Shown here: positions 20,191 to 30,100 of the stretch, piece after piece
How positions within the stretch are numbered: the first letter of the stretch is position 1
How the letters are laid out: each line of letters starts with the position of its first letter
IMG/VR virus record: IMGVR_UViG_3300042309_002578
Coordinates: 64,001 to 128,000 of that record
Source of the DNA: a virus
Length of the DNA stretch: 64,000 nucleotides
Direction: 5' to 3' (one strand)
Notes under the pieces: model-generated
Seen by the model: the letters and a program-made list of their open reading frames with translations, nothing else
Database searches by the model: none
Told to the model about the DNA's origin: nothing
Position numbers and translations under genes: made by a program

Positions 20191-21186
20191 ATGCTTACGA
20201 TTGCGGAAACTTCGAGTAATTCTTGTGGTGACAATTCAGAGAATGAAACGATAAGAGAAAATATTTTTAATGTTGTAGATGACATATTTAGAGTAATTTC
20301 CTACAAGGAGGCTGCCGTTCTGGTTTCGGCATCTGTATACGAAAAGTCTGGGATAAAATATGGTTATCTCCCTGGCGATGGAATTAATGAGGTTGTTTTG
20401 AGATCAAGCGATCGCGCTCTTGAAATGTATAACGAGATGTGCGAAAGATACAAAATCAAAAAAGTAGAGAATCCCCTCTCCACACAGATAATTCGTAAGT
20501 TACACCTATTGGCTTTTGGTGAAGAGTTCTCAAAAAAAGCCAAGCAACGGAATGGCGAGTATTTATCCCATACCGTTAAGCTGTGTTCACCAATTAGGGC
20601 ATACAAAGCCTTGTACAAAACTGTGACTCATGATGTCCCTGTAAATTTTGATGAAATTGAATCAGATACAGAAATTGATGAAAAACACGAACAAGAAAAA
20701 TTATGCGAATTTAGCCTTGTAGGTGAACAATTTTTGTATCAAAAATATAAAATCACTTTAGAGAACAAACCTATCGGCACTGTATTTAAGCGCATTTACT
20801 ATGTATGTGATAAAAATATGCGAACAAGAAAGAAATCATCATTACAGGCAGAAATATCTATGAATATTGATGGGCGAGTAATTAATTTAAGCTCCCCCAA
20901 TAAAAAGGTGCTGACCAATATTAGGGAGTGGCTAACAAATAAACTCTCCAATACTCTCAAGGGTATGTCAAAGTCAGTAATTGAGTATAAATCCGATAAC
21001 AGAGGTATTGTTTTTGCAGCAATGCCAATGATTACAAAACTAGCACAGATGAATGGACTTTTAGCAAGATCGCCAGCAGGACGAGACTCTGATTTAATCA
21101 ACTGGATAGATAGACAAGAGTTTGACGATCAAGGTATTCCATCGTTCCCAAATAGAGAGCTTTTATCAAATTTGATAATTACCTAG
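20191..21186 (+). CDS. hypothetical protein
   Basis: 331-aa ORF, GAGG RBS. Confidence 0.75.
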   Translation: MLTIAETSSNSCGDNSENETIRENIFNVVDDIFRVISYKEAAVLVSASVYEKSGIKYGYLPGDGINEVVLRSSDRALEMYNEMCERYKIKKVENPLSTQIIRKLHLLAFGEEFSKKAKQRNGEYLSHTVKLCSPIRAYKALYKTVTHDVPVNFDEIESDTEIDEKHEQEKLCEFSLVGEQFLYQKYKITLENKPIGTVFKRIYYVCDKNMRTRKKSSLQAEISMNIDGRVINLSSPNKKVLTNIREWLTNKLSNTLKGMSKSVIEYKSDNRGIVFAAMPMITKLAQMNGLLARSPAGRDSDLINWIDRQEFDDQGIPSFPNRELLSNLIIT

Positions 21187-21339
21187 TTTTACGTATGGAG
21201 CATTCGGATTTTGTTACACCTGTTTGGCTTTCTCTATCCAAAGAAAGCCAAAATTATTAAAAATATTATGCCAATATTGTTGAAAATATTAAAATATCGT
21301 GTTAATATCGTATCTATATTAAACAACAACAAGGCAATT

Positions 21340-22026
21340 ATGACAAAAGTAAAAGCTATAGCCGACAAATTCTTCGGCGGAAATGTTGAAAATTTTTTGA
21401 CTGAAATGGCTGGGACAGGCTTCAAAGTTGATGGATGGTCAGATACGACTGAATTACCTCTAGATGCAGAAGGTTTCAGATCCAAGGTTTTTGTAGTCTT
21501 GACAAAATCGGGCGTAACAGAGAAAGCTTTTAGGGCAGCACTGTCATCATGGAGCGTTCAGTCTGCGACCGAGAACATAAATGATGAACCCATAAATAGT
21601 GTCCAGCCCGGTGCAATTGAAAAGATAGAAGATACTGTTATTGATGCGATCGCTGTTCAAAACGCAGGAATCCAACAACTTAGTGAAATTCAGCTTGATC
21701 AACAAATTTCGGAAGCAAGAACGTCTGGGGTAACAGAGGGGATAGTTTTAGAACTTGCCAAACTTGACGGCAAGTTTGAAACTCAAGTGCAAATTCGAGA
21801 CATTTTGACGAATGTAAATAAAACAATGCACGAAGACCAAAAAACAAAAGCATTATCATTGGCTGGCGGTTTGTTAACTAAAATACAAGGAAGCTATTCA
21901 AGAAGCAGTGAAGCAAGTAGAGCATCAAAAGTAAACCAAGAAGCTACAGAAGGTCTGGTTGCCACCATATTTGAAAGATTGGCGGGACTAAACAATCCTC
22001 CGTCCCAGTCGTCCGAGGGAAAATAG
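21340..22026 (+). CDS. hypothetical alpha-helical protein
   Basis: likely start ATG 21340. Confidence 0.7.
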   Translation: MTKVKAIADKFFGGNVENFLTEMAGTGFKVDGWSDTTELPLDAEGFRSKVFVVLTKSGVTEKAFRAALSSWSVQSATENINDEPINSVQPGAIEKIEDTVIDAIAVQNAGIQQLSEIQLDQQISEARTSGVTEGIVLELAKLDGKFETQVQIRDILTNVNKTMHEDQKTKALSLAGGLLTKIQGSYSRSSEASRASKVNQEATEGLVATIFERLAGLNNPPSQSSEGK

Positions 22027-22079
22027 AGAAGGTACTGGTTGACGCGATAGAAATTCTTGCACAAGAAGAAAAAAGCCGA

Positions 22080-22367
22080 GTGCAAGAATTATACCTCAGT
22101 GCCTTGGTTTATGTAACTGTCGCGTTTTTACAGGCAGAAGAACAAAGAAAAAAGGAGATGATACAGATGATACCTATGATTGCAGCTTTACTAGAAAACT
22201 TTGAAAATGATCCGATAGAAACAGGCAAGAACCTCTATGCCGCTGGTTTTTTTGCTGGTGCGATACTGTTTGGTGCTGCCGTTGGTAGTCCAATGGTTTT
22301 GCCAGTAGTATCCTGTGTTTCGCTTGCTTTGGGTATTGCGACTTTTATGGATAATCACAGACGTTAA
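22080..22367 (+). CDS. small membrane protein (start possibly ~22158)
   Basis: hydrophobic C-terminus; AAGGAG before internal Met. Confidence 0.5.
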   Translation: MQELYLSALVYVTVAFLQAEEQRKKEMIQMIPMIAALLENFENDPIETGKNLYAAGFFAGAILFGAAVGSPMVLPVVSCVSLALGIATFMDNHRR

Positions 22368-22400
22368 AAGCAATTCTCGGTTTTATAGAGAACAAAATTT

Positions 22401-22664
22401 ATGTCACACGCAACAGAGAACGACTCGCCACAAATTTTAATTGTCCCGAAAGAAGTGGGCGGACTATCAATGCCAATCTTATGTTTCCTAGTTGGGACGC
22501 TTAGTTTTGCGCTGCTTGCTAATGCGGTAACAAGTTTTAAAATGGCACAGCAGCAACAAAAAGATGCAAGCCCAACGGATGGTGTGCAGCAAGAATTAAC
22601 AGCAAAAAGATTGCCAATACGCGGGCATATTCGTGCAAAACGATACAGAAAACAAATTAAATAA
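22401..22664 (+). CDS. small single-TM protein
   Basis: hydrophobic segment, basic tail. Confidence 0.55.
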   Translation: MSHATENDSPQILIVPKEVGGLSMPILCFLVGTLSFALLANAVTSFKMAQQQQKDASPTDGVQQELTAKRLPIRGHIRAKRYRKQIK

Positions 22665-22844
22665 AAACCTCGCATTATTTTAAATAAAAATCAACACTTA
22701 GTGCCAAAATTTGACGGGAATAGACTGATTGAATCAAAATTAATAACTTTTATTGATTTTGTTGATTTAGCGTTAATTAATAGTCGCATTAAATCAGATT
22801 TGCTAGAAATAATCAGTTTGCAAAACTATAAACAGCAGAATTAG

Positions 22845-22873
22845 TTGACTTTGTCTGTTAGCCATAGTATTAT
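22845..22873 (+). promoter_or_regulatory. motif promoter
   Basis: TTGACT-17(GTTAGCC)-TATTAT. Confidence 0.7.
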
Positions 22874-22901
22874 ATATTTAATTCAGTAATTTAAAAAGAC
22901 T

Positions 22902-23273
22902 ATGGCTATTGATTTTAATGCTTTGACAAGAGAGTTGGAGGACAAGAAAGGCAGATGTTTGATTCCCACAACATTCTATGATTGGGTTAGTGGATACAGA
23001 GTTGATTGCATAACCGACGAAAGAACTCCGGTGAAAGTCTACTATTTAATAGAAGAAGGGGCGCATGGTTACTCTATCAAGTTTTTAAATGGTGTAACTG
23101 GATTTGAATCCTATTATGTCCATGATTTGTTAGCGAACAAGCAAGATCATCCTACGGGTTATTGGGCTGCTTGTTCGCTAACAATAGGAAGATGGGACGG
23201 TCTATACGTTGACGCAAAACAGGTAGATGAAAAACTCAGAAAATTACCATTTGATGTCAATACACAACAATAA
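22902..23273 (+). CDS. hypothetical protein
   Basis: ORF between motif promoter and palindrome 23274-23314. Confidence 0.7.
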   Translation: MAIDFNALTRELEDKKGRCLIPTTFYDWVSGYRVDCITDERTPVKVYYLIEEGAHGYSIKFLNGVTGFESYYVHDLLANKQDHPTGYWAACSLTIGRWDGLYVDAKQVDEKLRKLPFDVNTQQ

Positions 23274-23409
23274 CTAAGTGCGACAGATTTTATTGTAAAA
23301 TCTGTCGCACTTAGGTAAAATTACATAGAATAATCTCAGGTAACAAACCCATTCCTTATGTCAACATTTCATAATACCATATTTCGCAGAAACTTGTTAC
23401 AAAAGATTC

Positions 23410-23439
23410 TTGACATCTATGTGTTAGCTGTAGTATTAT
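23410..23439 (+). promoter_or_regulatory. motif promoter
   Basis: TTGACA-18(GTTAGCT)-TATTAT. Confidence 0.65.
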
Positions 23440-23469
23440 ATATTAATATGTGTAGCACAATTAAAAACA

Positions 23470-24594
23470 ATGGATATTAAATTTAGTTCACATTTTAGTG
23501 GGTGTGGTGGATTTGCATCTGGGGCAAAAAAAGCTGGATTTGATGTTATCAGTGGCATTGAGTGGGATGAAAAACGCCCAGAAATAGCAGAACTATATAG
23601 AACAAACGTCAACAGAGATCATCTGATCTATAAAAATATTACAGAGGTTGATTTTAATGAGCTAAACATTCCACTCCCCACAGAAAGGAAACAGAATGGA
23701 TTAGTTTTAGTTCACCAAACATCCCCACCATGTCAAGATCACACCACACTAAACAAAAAAAGAGATGCAAAATCATCACGAGCTAACATATTGGGCAATA
23801 CTCACGATTTTTACAAAATATTTATGCCGGAGTACGTTGTGCTTGAGAACGTCAAGCTTTACAGAAAAAGTGGAGTTTATAAAAACTTTAAGCTCTTTCT
23901 CTCAACCCTTGGCTACAAAATCGAAGAGCATATTTTAAACGCCGCAGATTTTGGCGTACCTCAAACAAGAACCCGGTTGTTCATGATTGCTGCTGCGCCA
24001 AACTATAATCTGCCAACAATAGAAACAACGCACACTGAATGTCTAGGCGATCAACTCCATTTATTTAAAAACCGGTGGGTTGGCTGGTATGAGGCGATCG
24101 CCGATATTATTGACAAGCTAGAGCCATCAAAATTGACTAATAAACAAATAGAGTTTGTCCAGTTGCAACAAAAAAGTTATGCAACAAGGGACTCTGAAAC
24201 CCCATCTTTCGCTATTACAGCCTCAATAGGAGAACATAATGTAATCCCGAAGGTGCTATTACCTAAGAATGCGTTTTTGGTGCAGAGAATTGGGTATTTT
24301 AAAATTCCAAAAATAAAAGATTCGCTACAGCCGTGTTGGACTTTGGTTTCTTCGCTGTGTGACGATGGCAAAGGTGGCACAAGAAATAAAGTCATTGACG
24401 TACTAATTGATGATTGCGATACTAAAAATTTAAATACAGACGCTTTGGCAAGGTTACAGGGATTTGACAAAGATTATAAATGGAGTGGCAACAAGAAAAT
24501 AGATGTGCATGGTCTGGGTAACAGTGTCTGTCCACCTGTATCGGAGGCAATCTGCAATTCCATTAAAAAAGCTATTTTGGCTAGGGACAATTAA
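23470..24594 (+). CDS. C5-cytosine DNA methyltransferase (orphan)
   Basis: motifs FSGCGG, SPPCQ, ENV, QTRTR, GNSV. Confidence 0.95.
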   Translation: MDIKFSSHFSGCGGFASGAKKAGFDVISGIEWDEKRPEIAELYRTNVNRDHLIYKNITEVDFNELNIPLPTERKQNGLVLVHQTSPPCQDHTTLNKKRDAKSSRANILGNTHDFYKIFMPEYVVLENVKLYRKSGVYKNFKLFLSTLGYKIEEHILNAADFGVPQTRTRLFMIAAAPNYNLPTIETTHTECLGDQLHLFKNRWVGWYEAIADIIDKLEPSKLTNKQIEFVQLQQKSYATRDSETPSFAITASIGEHNVIPKVLLPKNAFLVQRIGYFKIPKIKDSLQPCWTLVSSLCDDGKGGTRNKVIDVLIDDCDTKNLNTDALARLQGFDKDYKWSGNKKIDVHGLGNSVCPPVSEAICNSIKKAILARDN

Positions 24595-24767
24595 AATATT
24601 GTGCTAATATTAATATTATTAGTTTTAATATCTAATCAATATTGACAACCGAAAAGGAGTTTTAATGCAATATCGAGTCGTGTACCAGGGCTATGGGCAG
24701 TGGATTGGTGAAAATGCCACCAATTAACGGCAGAAAGCTTCCTCGTAAATTTACATAAGGAGTTGAT

Positions 24768-25103
24768 TTGATGTTTAACTTTGAGACTATTAAGCCACAA
24801 TACGATGTATTAGCCTGGATGTCAGAAAATAGTGTATCTTTTTATTTAGAATTTTCTGATCCAACTCTTCAAAAAAGTGTTCAGGAGGAGTTGGAGTCAA
24901 AAGGCTTTTCAACAATATATGAGTTTACTGTGAGGCGGTTAATTCAATTGCAACCACCGTCAGGAATGGACACACTACAAATTTTGGAAAGAATTTGTAC
25001 GACGTTGGAATTGGAGCATTACAAAGTTCAAAGAAAAATAGCTCCAAGATGGAAGCTATTAAAAGATGTCTTACCAATACAAAGTTTCATTTTAGGGAGT
25101 TAG
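24768..25103 (+). CDS. hypothetical protein
   Basis: AAGGAG RBS. Confidence 0.6.
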   Translation: MMFNFETIKPQYDVLAWMSENSVSFYLEFSDPTLQKSVQEELESKGFSTIYEFTVRRLIQLQPPSGMDTLQILERICTTLELEHYKVQRKIAPRWKLLKDVLPIQSFILGS

Positions 25104-25105
25104 TT

Positions 25106-25615
25106 ATGTATTGCGACATCCAAGGAAAATCTGTAGAGCGAATAATTGAAAATTGGAGCGTCTTGATTGACATTTCTCCTGGCAAATTTATGCAGTTTTA
25201 CGTGCTAACTGACAGTTTGGAGAAATTTAATCTCTATTACTCCCTTTTGTCTGCTAAGTTAAATTTGATTGACGGTGGCGAACTTGTACTGCGCCCACAG
25301 TCATTAAGTTTATACCAAGAAATAATGTTAAAATTGCCTTTAACCGCACAGAATTACAGCTTTGCAGTTAAAACTTTTAACGAATCATGGAATGCAAAGC
25401 CTGAGCAAGACAAAGACTATTTTAATAATAGATGGAGATTTGGACACGACTACGATCAAGAATTAATGGAAGATAAAGTTTTAAAAGAGGCTTTGAAGGA
25501 CTTTGAGGGAAAAATAGTTATCTTCACGTGGGTAGATGACACTAATCCCAAAATCACTAGAGTCGCAATGGCTTCGCAGTTCAAAAGTGGTGCAATAAAA
25601 CCAGTGGAAAAGTAA
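25106..25615 (+). CDS. hypothetical protein
   Basis: GGGAG RBS before ATG 25106; terminator AGCCCC..GGGGCTTTTTT follows. Confidence 0.65.
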   Translation: MYCDIQGKSVERIIENWSVLIDISPGKFMQFYVLTDSLEKFNLYYSLLSAKLNLIDGGELVLRPQSLSLYQEIMLKLPLTAQNYSFAVKTFNESWNAKPEQDKDYFNNRWRFGHDYDQELMEDKVLKEALKDFEGKIVIFTWVDDTNPKITRVAMASQFKSGAIKPVEK

Positions 25616-26075
25616 ATTTAGCCCCGTAACAGGGGCTTTTTTTATTGGCAAAACCAATTTCTTTCGCTAGGGCATTTTTTAACCTTTTTGCAGGGTAGTA
25701 AATACCCTGAAATATGTCCAGTCCAATTACCATATTCATCTACTAAAGTTCCACTAAAATCAGCACCAAGTAGTTGGTACGGTCTTATGTCTATTCCACA
25801 ACCAGGGCAACGAGTACCACCCCAGGAAGCCATAAAAAGATTGTAGTTTCTATGGATTTGGTTTTCAGCAATACTGTCTAGTTCTCTTAGCCGCTGTTTT
25901 AATTGATATCGCTTACGTCGCTTTTGTCTTTTTATGTTTCCGGTTAAATGATAAAGTATCCATAATTCAAATTGTTAGAGTTGTAGCGCGATCGCCCATC
26001 AAAAGAGCGATCTTTATGTGACTGTTATGTGATTAAATGCGATCGCCCAACAAAAAGAGACGACCGCTTGTTAAT

Positions 26076-26270
26076 TCAAACTGAAATCTGTGATCCATTC
26101 TTTAGCTCTCTAATCAGGGATGGATAACTTGCTAGATAATCACTTTCGTCAGAGAGAAAATTACCGTCTACTCCAGATTGTCTAATTTTTAAAGAGCGAT
26201 ATGTTTTCCCTTCCCTGACAAGCACTTTTATTTTCTCATTGTTAATCAAAAGGTATCCAGTATATTGCAT
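26076..26270 (-). CDS. small hypothetical protein
   Basis: AAGGAAG RBS; flanked by HIP1 hairpins. Confidence 0.55.
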   Translation of the reverse strand: MQYTGYLLINNEKIKVLVREGKTYRSLKIRQSGVDGNFLSDESDYLASYPSLIRELKNGSQISV

Positions 26271-26465
26271 GATCTTCCTTGGTGATTGTGAGTGCGATCG
26301 CCCTAAAAGAGGCGACCGCGTAAATTAGCTACTTGAAAACTTCAATCAAAACTGATTCAGGGTACAGCCCGACGCAACCAAAGCGCGGATCATAAATCTG
26401 TTCAATGTCTATTTCCCGTTTACGGCACAAAACAGATGCTTGTCCACCATTTTGACTTGCAAACA

Positions 26466-27014
26466 TTAAATTTTTGTATTTCTTGCAGACAGATATTTTC
26501 TTAGTTTCCACTCAGCAATCAAGGCAGCATCTGCACGCCCATCACAAATTTTTACACCATTTTTGTATTTTGAATTTTTTTCATATACCAAGTCTTTTAT
26601 TTGTGGTATTAATTCCACAGCGACTTTATCGCCATTGTATTGACCGCTTGTTTTGCCGTTAACACCCAAAAGTGACATCCATTGAACGGATTGAACCTCT
26701 GTGCATGATATCTGCTTCATAAAAATGCACATCTGCAAAGCCCCAAGACCACGCCCATATTTAAGCATTGATGCAACACTCTGACTTCTTTTTTCTCCGC
26801 CTTTTTTCTCGTCTTTTTGGCTCATGGCTTTCGCAACTTCTATGGCCGCAAAACTATTGTTAGGGTCAAAATCACTAAATATTTTAGCAACACCCCTCAT
26901 TGAGATTTGCCCATCCATAAACGGCATATCGGCGCACATAATTAACTCTCTGTTTTCGTTTATAGCGACAATAGCACCCTTAGATCCTGGATCAACCCCG
27001 ATAAATACTTTCAT
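26466..27014 (-). CDS. RuvC-like Holliday junction resolvase
   Basis: IGVDPG, AIE, DGRADAALIA acidic motifs. Confidence 0.85.
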   Translation of the reverse strand: MKVFIGVDPGSKGAIVAINENRELIMCADMPFMDGQISMRGVAKIFSDFDPNNSFAAIEVAKAMSQKDEKKGGEKRSQSVASMLKYGRGLGALQMCIFMKQISCTEVQSVQWMSLLGVNGKTSGQYNGDKVAVELIPQIKDLVYEKNSKYKNGVKICDGRADAALIAEWKLRKYLSARNTKI

Positions 27015-27104
27015 GATTTAGCCTAAAATGTTATTGCAATATTGATGCTATATTAACATTGTTTGTGGTAAAATGTGTTAACAAGTATCAAGAAATTTAA
27101 AGCC

Positions 27105-27395
27105 ATGCAGTTAAGTACAGAAAAAATAAATACCCAAGAAACAAAGCCAGAAGTTGAGGCAATTTTACATTCAAGCGAATGGGTAAAACCAGAGGACAAG
27201 CTCCCGCAACCTTATGAGTTTGTTTTAGTAATGATAGCAGAATGCAATATTCCAATATATTGCCTCTATCAATGCGACGATTTTTATGTTGTCAGTGTGT
27301 CGCTGGTTCGCAATAATGTGAATACAAGAATTAAACTTCTAAAAAAAGAAGTCTTGGTGTGGCGAGGAAATCTTGGAATAAAACTTCCACAATAA
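27105..27395 (+). CDS. hypothetical protein (DUF551-like W-x-K-P-E-D-K-L-P)
   Basis: EWVKPEDKLP..VLV..VLVW. Confidence 0.5.
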   Translation: MQLSTEKINTQETKPEVEAILHSSEWVKPEDKLPQPYEFVLVMIAECNIPIYCLYQCDDFYVVSVSLVRNNVNTRIKLLKKEVLVWRGNLGIKLPQ

Positions 27396-27408
27396 AATCA
27401 AAAACTGG

Positions 27409-27437
27409 TTGACTTTTGTGGTTAACCAATGTAATAT
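27409..27437 (+). promoter_or_regulatory. motif promoter
   Basis: TTGACT-17(GTTAACC)-TAATAT. Confidence 0.7.
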
Positions 27438-27472
27438 AGATATATAGACAAAAACCACAAACACAAAAAACA

Positions 27473-28069
27473 ATGACAATTTTCATAAACAACAACAAGA
27501 CAATGAAAGAACTCGCTGCAAAAGTATTTAATTACAGCGGTAGAAAATATAAAGTAGTGCCACAACTTAACTATTGTCTCAACAATTATTGGGACGGTGG
27601 CAGCAAAGAAAGATGCGTTCTCGTAAATAGAGAAAATGGCGAATTTCACGCACCTAGCGATGATACAAAAAACCCATTTAAGGTAGTCGCTCATAAAAGC
27701 TTCGAGATTCCAAAAGGGTATTTTATAATTACCCACACAATAAGCATGGGAAAAGACGCTGGGATAACTTTTTATGTAAGACCCGAAGAAATGCCCAAGG
27801 ATTTAGCTAGTGGCGACTACGATTTAACCTTTGAGCAAAAAGTTGTTCTATCCTGCTTTTTTAGTTTTAAATCGAGCTACGCCGGCATTAAAGATTATCG
27901 CAAAAGCAATGGTTTAGCTTTAATATCATCTCAAGAATGGGATAACGCCAAAGCTTCATTAATCGAAGCGGAGTATATAAACGCACGAAATGCTATTACC
28001 ACAAAGGGTAAAAATGCGGCTCTAAAGTTTAGCTTCAGCAGCCTTCACAGCGAAGTAAAAAAGCAGTAA
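27473..28069 (+). CDS. hypothetical protein
   Basis: 198-aa ORF behind motif promoter, hairpin 28082-28122 follows. Confidence 0.75.
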   Translation: MTIFINNNKTMKELAAKVFNYSGRKYKVVPQLNYCLNNYWDGGSKERCVLVNRENGEFHAPSDDTKNPFKVVAHKSFEIPKGYFIITHTISMGKDAGITFYVRPEEMPKDLASGDYDLTFEQKVVLSCFFSFKSSYAGIKDYRKSNGLALISSQEWDNAKASLIEAEYINARNAITTKGKNAALKFSFSSLHSEVKKQ

Positions 28070-28207
28070 ACTGATTTAATAAACCATTTTGCATTTTGAT
28101 TCCGATAAAATGCAAAATGGTTAAAAATCGGTGTAATAAAATAATACAAAGCGCGATACCGACACCTATCAATAGACAACAAAATTGCGATCGCAACAAC
28201 AAAAAAT

Positions 28208-28468
28208 ATGCTAGTTAAAGACTTTTTAGAATTTGCCGAACAGGTTAGACAATCTAGTGAGAAAGACCAATCTGTGCTAGACCTAGAGCTAAATTTTTAT
28301 GATGGAAGCGAGTCATGGGACATAGACAAATTAGAAATAACTATGCCTGACGCAGAAACAGAAGAACCAGGTTATGTTGTCTTTGAGTTAAAAACAAGTA
28401 TTGACATAGAAGATGACCGGTTTGACAGAAGTCACCCAGAAATACGCCATGAAGTAGTAGCCCCATAA
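28208..28468 (+). CDS. acidic hypothetical protein
   Basis: 86-aa ORF. Confidence 0.6.
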   Translation: MLVKDFLEFAEQVRQSSEKDQSVLDLELNFYDGSESWDIDKLEITMPDAETEEPGYVVFELKTSIDIEDDRFDRSHPEIRHEVVAP

Positions 28469-28671
28469 GTGCAGCGAAACCTTTTAAGGACTAACAGCTA
28501 CTGGAAGTTAGCCCTTAAAGAAAAAAGCATAATATTTAAGATTATGCAATTTTTTCTGTCAAATGGATTTTGTGAGCGAATCCCACGAAGCGGGTATTTT
28601 GCTTCTTGCTAAATTTCAAGAATTTAGACAGCTAACCCTAGCTCTATATTTATATTTCTTTCTTAGTTGTA

Positions 28672-28700
28672 TTGCATATTTTTTCTTCTCGTGCTATAAT
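28672..28700 (+). promoter_or_regulatory. near-consensus sigma70 promoter driving a non-coding region
   Basis: TTGCAT-17-TATAAT with extended TG at 28692-28693. Confidence 0.75.
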
Positions 28701-28706
28701 TATATT

Positions 28707-29195
28707 AACGAGAGTAAATCCTTAGATCAAGCGTACTGCGTTTTGGTTTTAAACTGTTCTCGTTCGGGTCTTGTTCGCAAGGAGACAAGATATCCAGGGA
28801 AATTCCCCCGTTACTATACGTATGCGGTTTTAAAAAGCCTATACCTGGAAGGCAACTCGTACCTCGGATGCGAGACAACCTCAAAAAGCTGACAGGACGC
28901 GAGGCAGATGGTTACTGCCAAGATTGAAGAAACATAAGAACCTTCGCCTCATCGATCCTAACGGATTAAACATCAGATCCTTGAAGAAACTGGTGAGCCT
29001 ATAGAGGTGCTATAGGCACGTTGGTGAAAACTAACAAGATTTTGAAGGGAGCTTGAGCCAGTAACTGTCCTGGATTAAAGTGCATTACAAAAGCACACCA
29101 AGCTTCGGTCATGCTTTTTGGTTTTCAAGCAACAAAATTATGATCTAACCTTGGGTTTCCAACCGTGTGGACTAAATCACCGCACAAAAGCACAC
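28707..29195 (+). ncRNA. candidate large structured non-coding RNA (~490 nt), family not recognised
   Basis: many nested helices, GCAA and GAAA tetraloops, long-range 5'-3' pairing; see findings. Confidence 0.6.
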
Positions 29196-29594
29196 TAAGT
29201 ATTAGACATAATTATTCTCATTGTTTTTTATTCCGCAAAAACCTAACGCCAAGTGTGTATGCGCTTATTTTAAGCGTTTATATTATTTTGGTATTTAAAA
29301 CTGCGATTTTGTCGTTGCTAGAATCTTTTTATCTTTTTCTGGACAAATAAAAATCGTTAGCTTTAGTTTATCGTCCTAAATTCTGTGAATTTAGGACAAA
29401 TTGTCATGCTTATTTTTATTAAAGCCAGATATGCACAGGCGTAAATATAGGCGCATAGAATACATTTGTTCTGTGCTTCGCTGAAAACGGTGATTTTTGG
29501 CGGCAAAAAACTACAAGCGTGTTACATGATTTTTGGCAATGACAACGACTGAAATGCCTATTCTATCGTAAGGTTGGACACCAAATTTTCAAAT

Positions 29595-29722
29595 TACATA
29601 TAATACCATAAAGTGGGTACAAAAGTCAAGGGAAGATACAAAGAAAAAAGGGTAGTTTCCTGTAAGAAAGTGATCATCTTCCCAGCTTTATTTTTCAGTG
29701 AAATTATAAATGTATTACAAGC
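29595..29722 (-). repeat. dispersed element copy D: partial head
   Basis: AAAAGTCAAGGGAAGATACAAAGAAAAAAGGG..AAGAAAGTGATCATCTTCCCA matches 17650-17713. Confidence 0.85.
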
Positions 29723-29840
29723 ACCCTCTTATTATGGCTATTGCAACGGAGGCGCATTTGTTGAAAGAAAGGAAAGATGGTGGGAAGGTGATAGTTTAGC
29801 GATCTAACAAAGAAATTGTGGAGATTTTATTCCGATAGCT

Positions 29841-29884
29841 TGGTAAGCGTAAAACTCAGTGGATAAAGCCACTGAGAGTGTCAA
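29841..29884 (+). mobile_element. IS605-family micro-scar (fused left and right ends)
   Basis: TGGTAAGCGTAAAACTCAG + hairpin CTCAGTGG..CCACTGAG + GTGTCAA. Confidence 0.55.
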
Positions 29885-30100
29885 TTCCTCGTTCGCACCC
29901 TGATGCAAACAATAATGATCCGAACAACTTCAAAAGGTGCTAATTAGAGCTTTTGTGTAACCAAAGTGGCGATCGCCACATTAGCTAAAACCTAAAAGGA
30001 TCAATACCGGGGTTGGAGTAGAGCAAGAAAGCTGCTTGAGCAGCACGGAAAAGACGCAGACAATTTTGCTTATGAATTCCAAATAAGTGAAATAAAGCTA

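Noticed and set aside
28563-28892. 109-aa ORF
   Set aside because: Runs across a clear promoter and structured region; low-complexity AT-derived residues; probably spurious
28707-29195. tmRNA, RNase P, group I/II intron or tRNA identity
   Set aside because: No GGGG..CCA acceptor/T-arm, no GAGGAAAGUCC, no recognisable P7 or domain V motifs and no flanking exons; left unclassified
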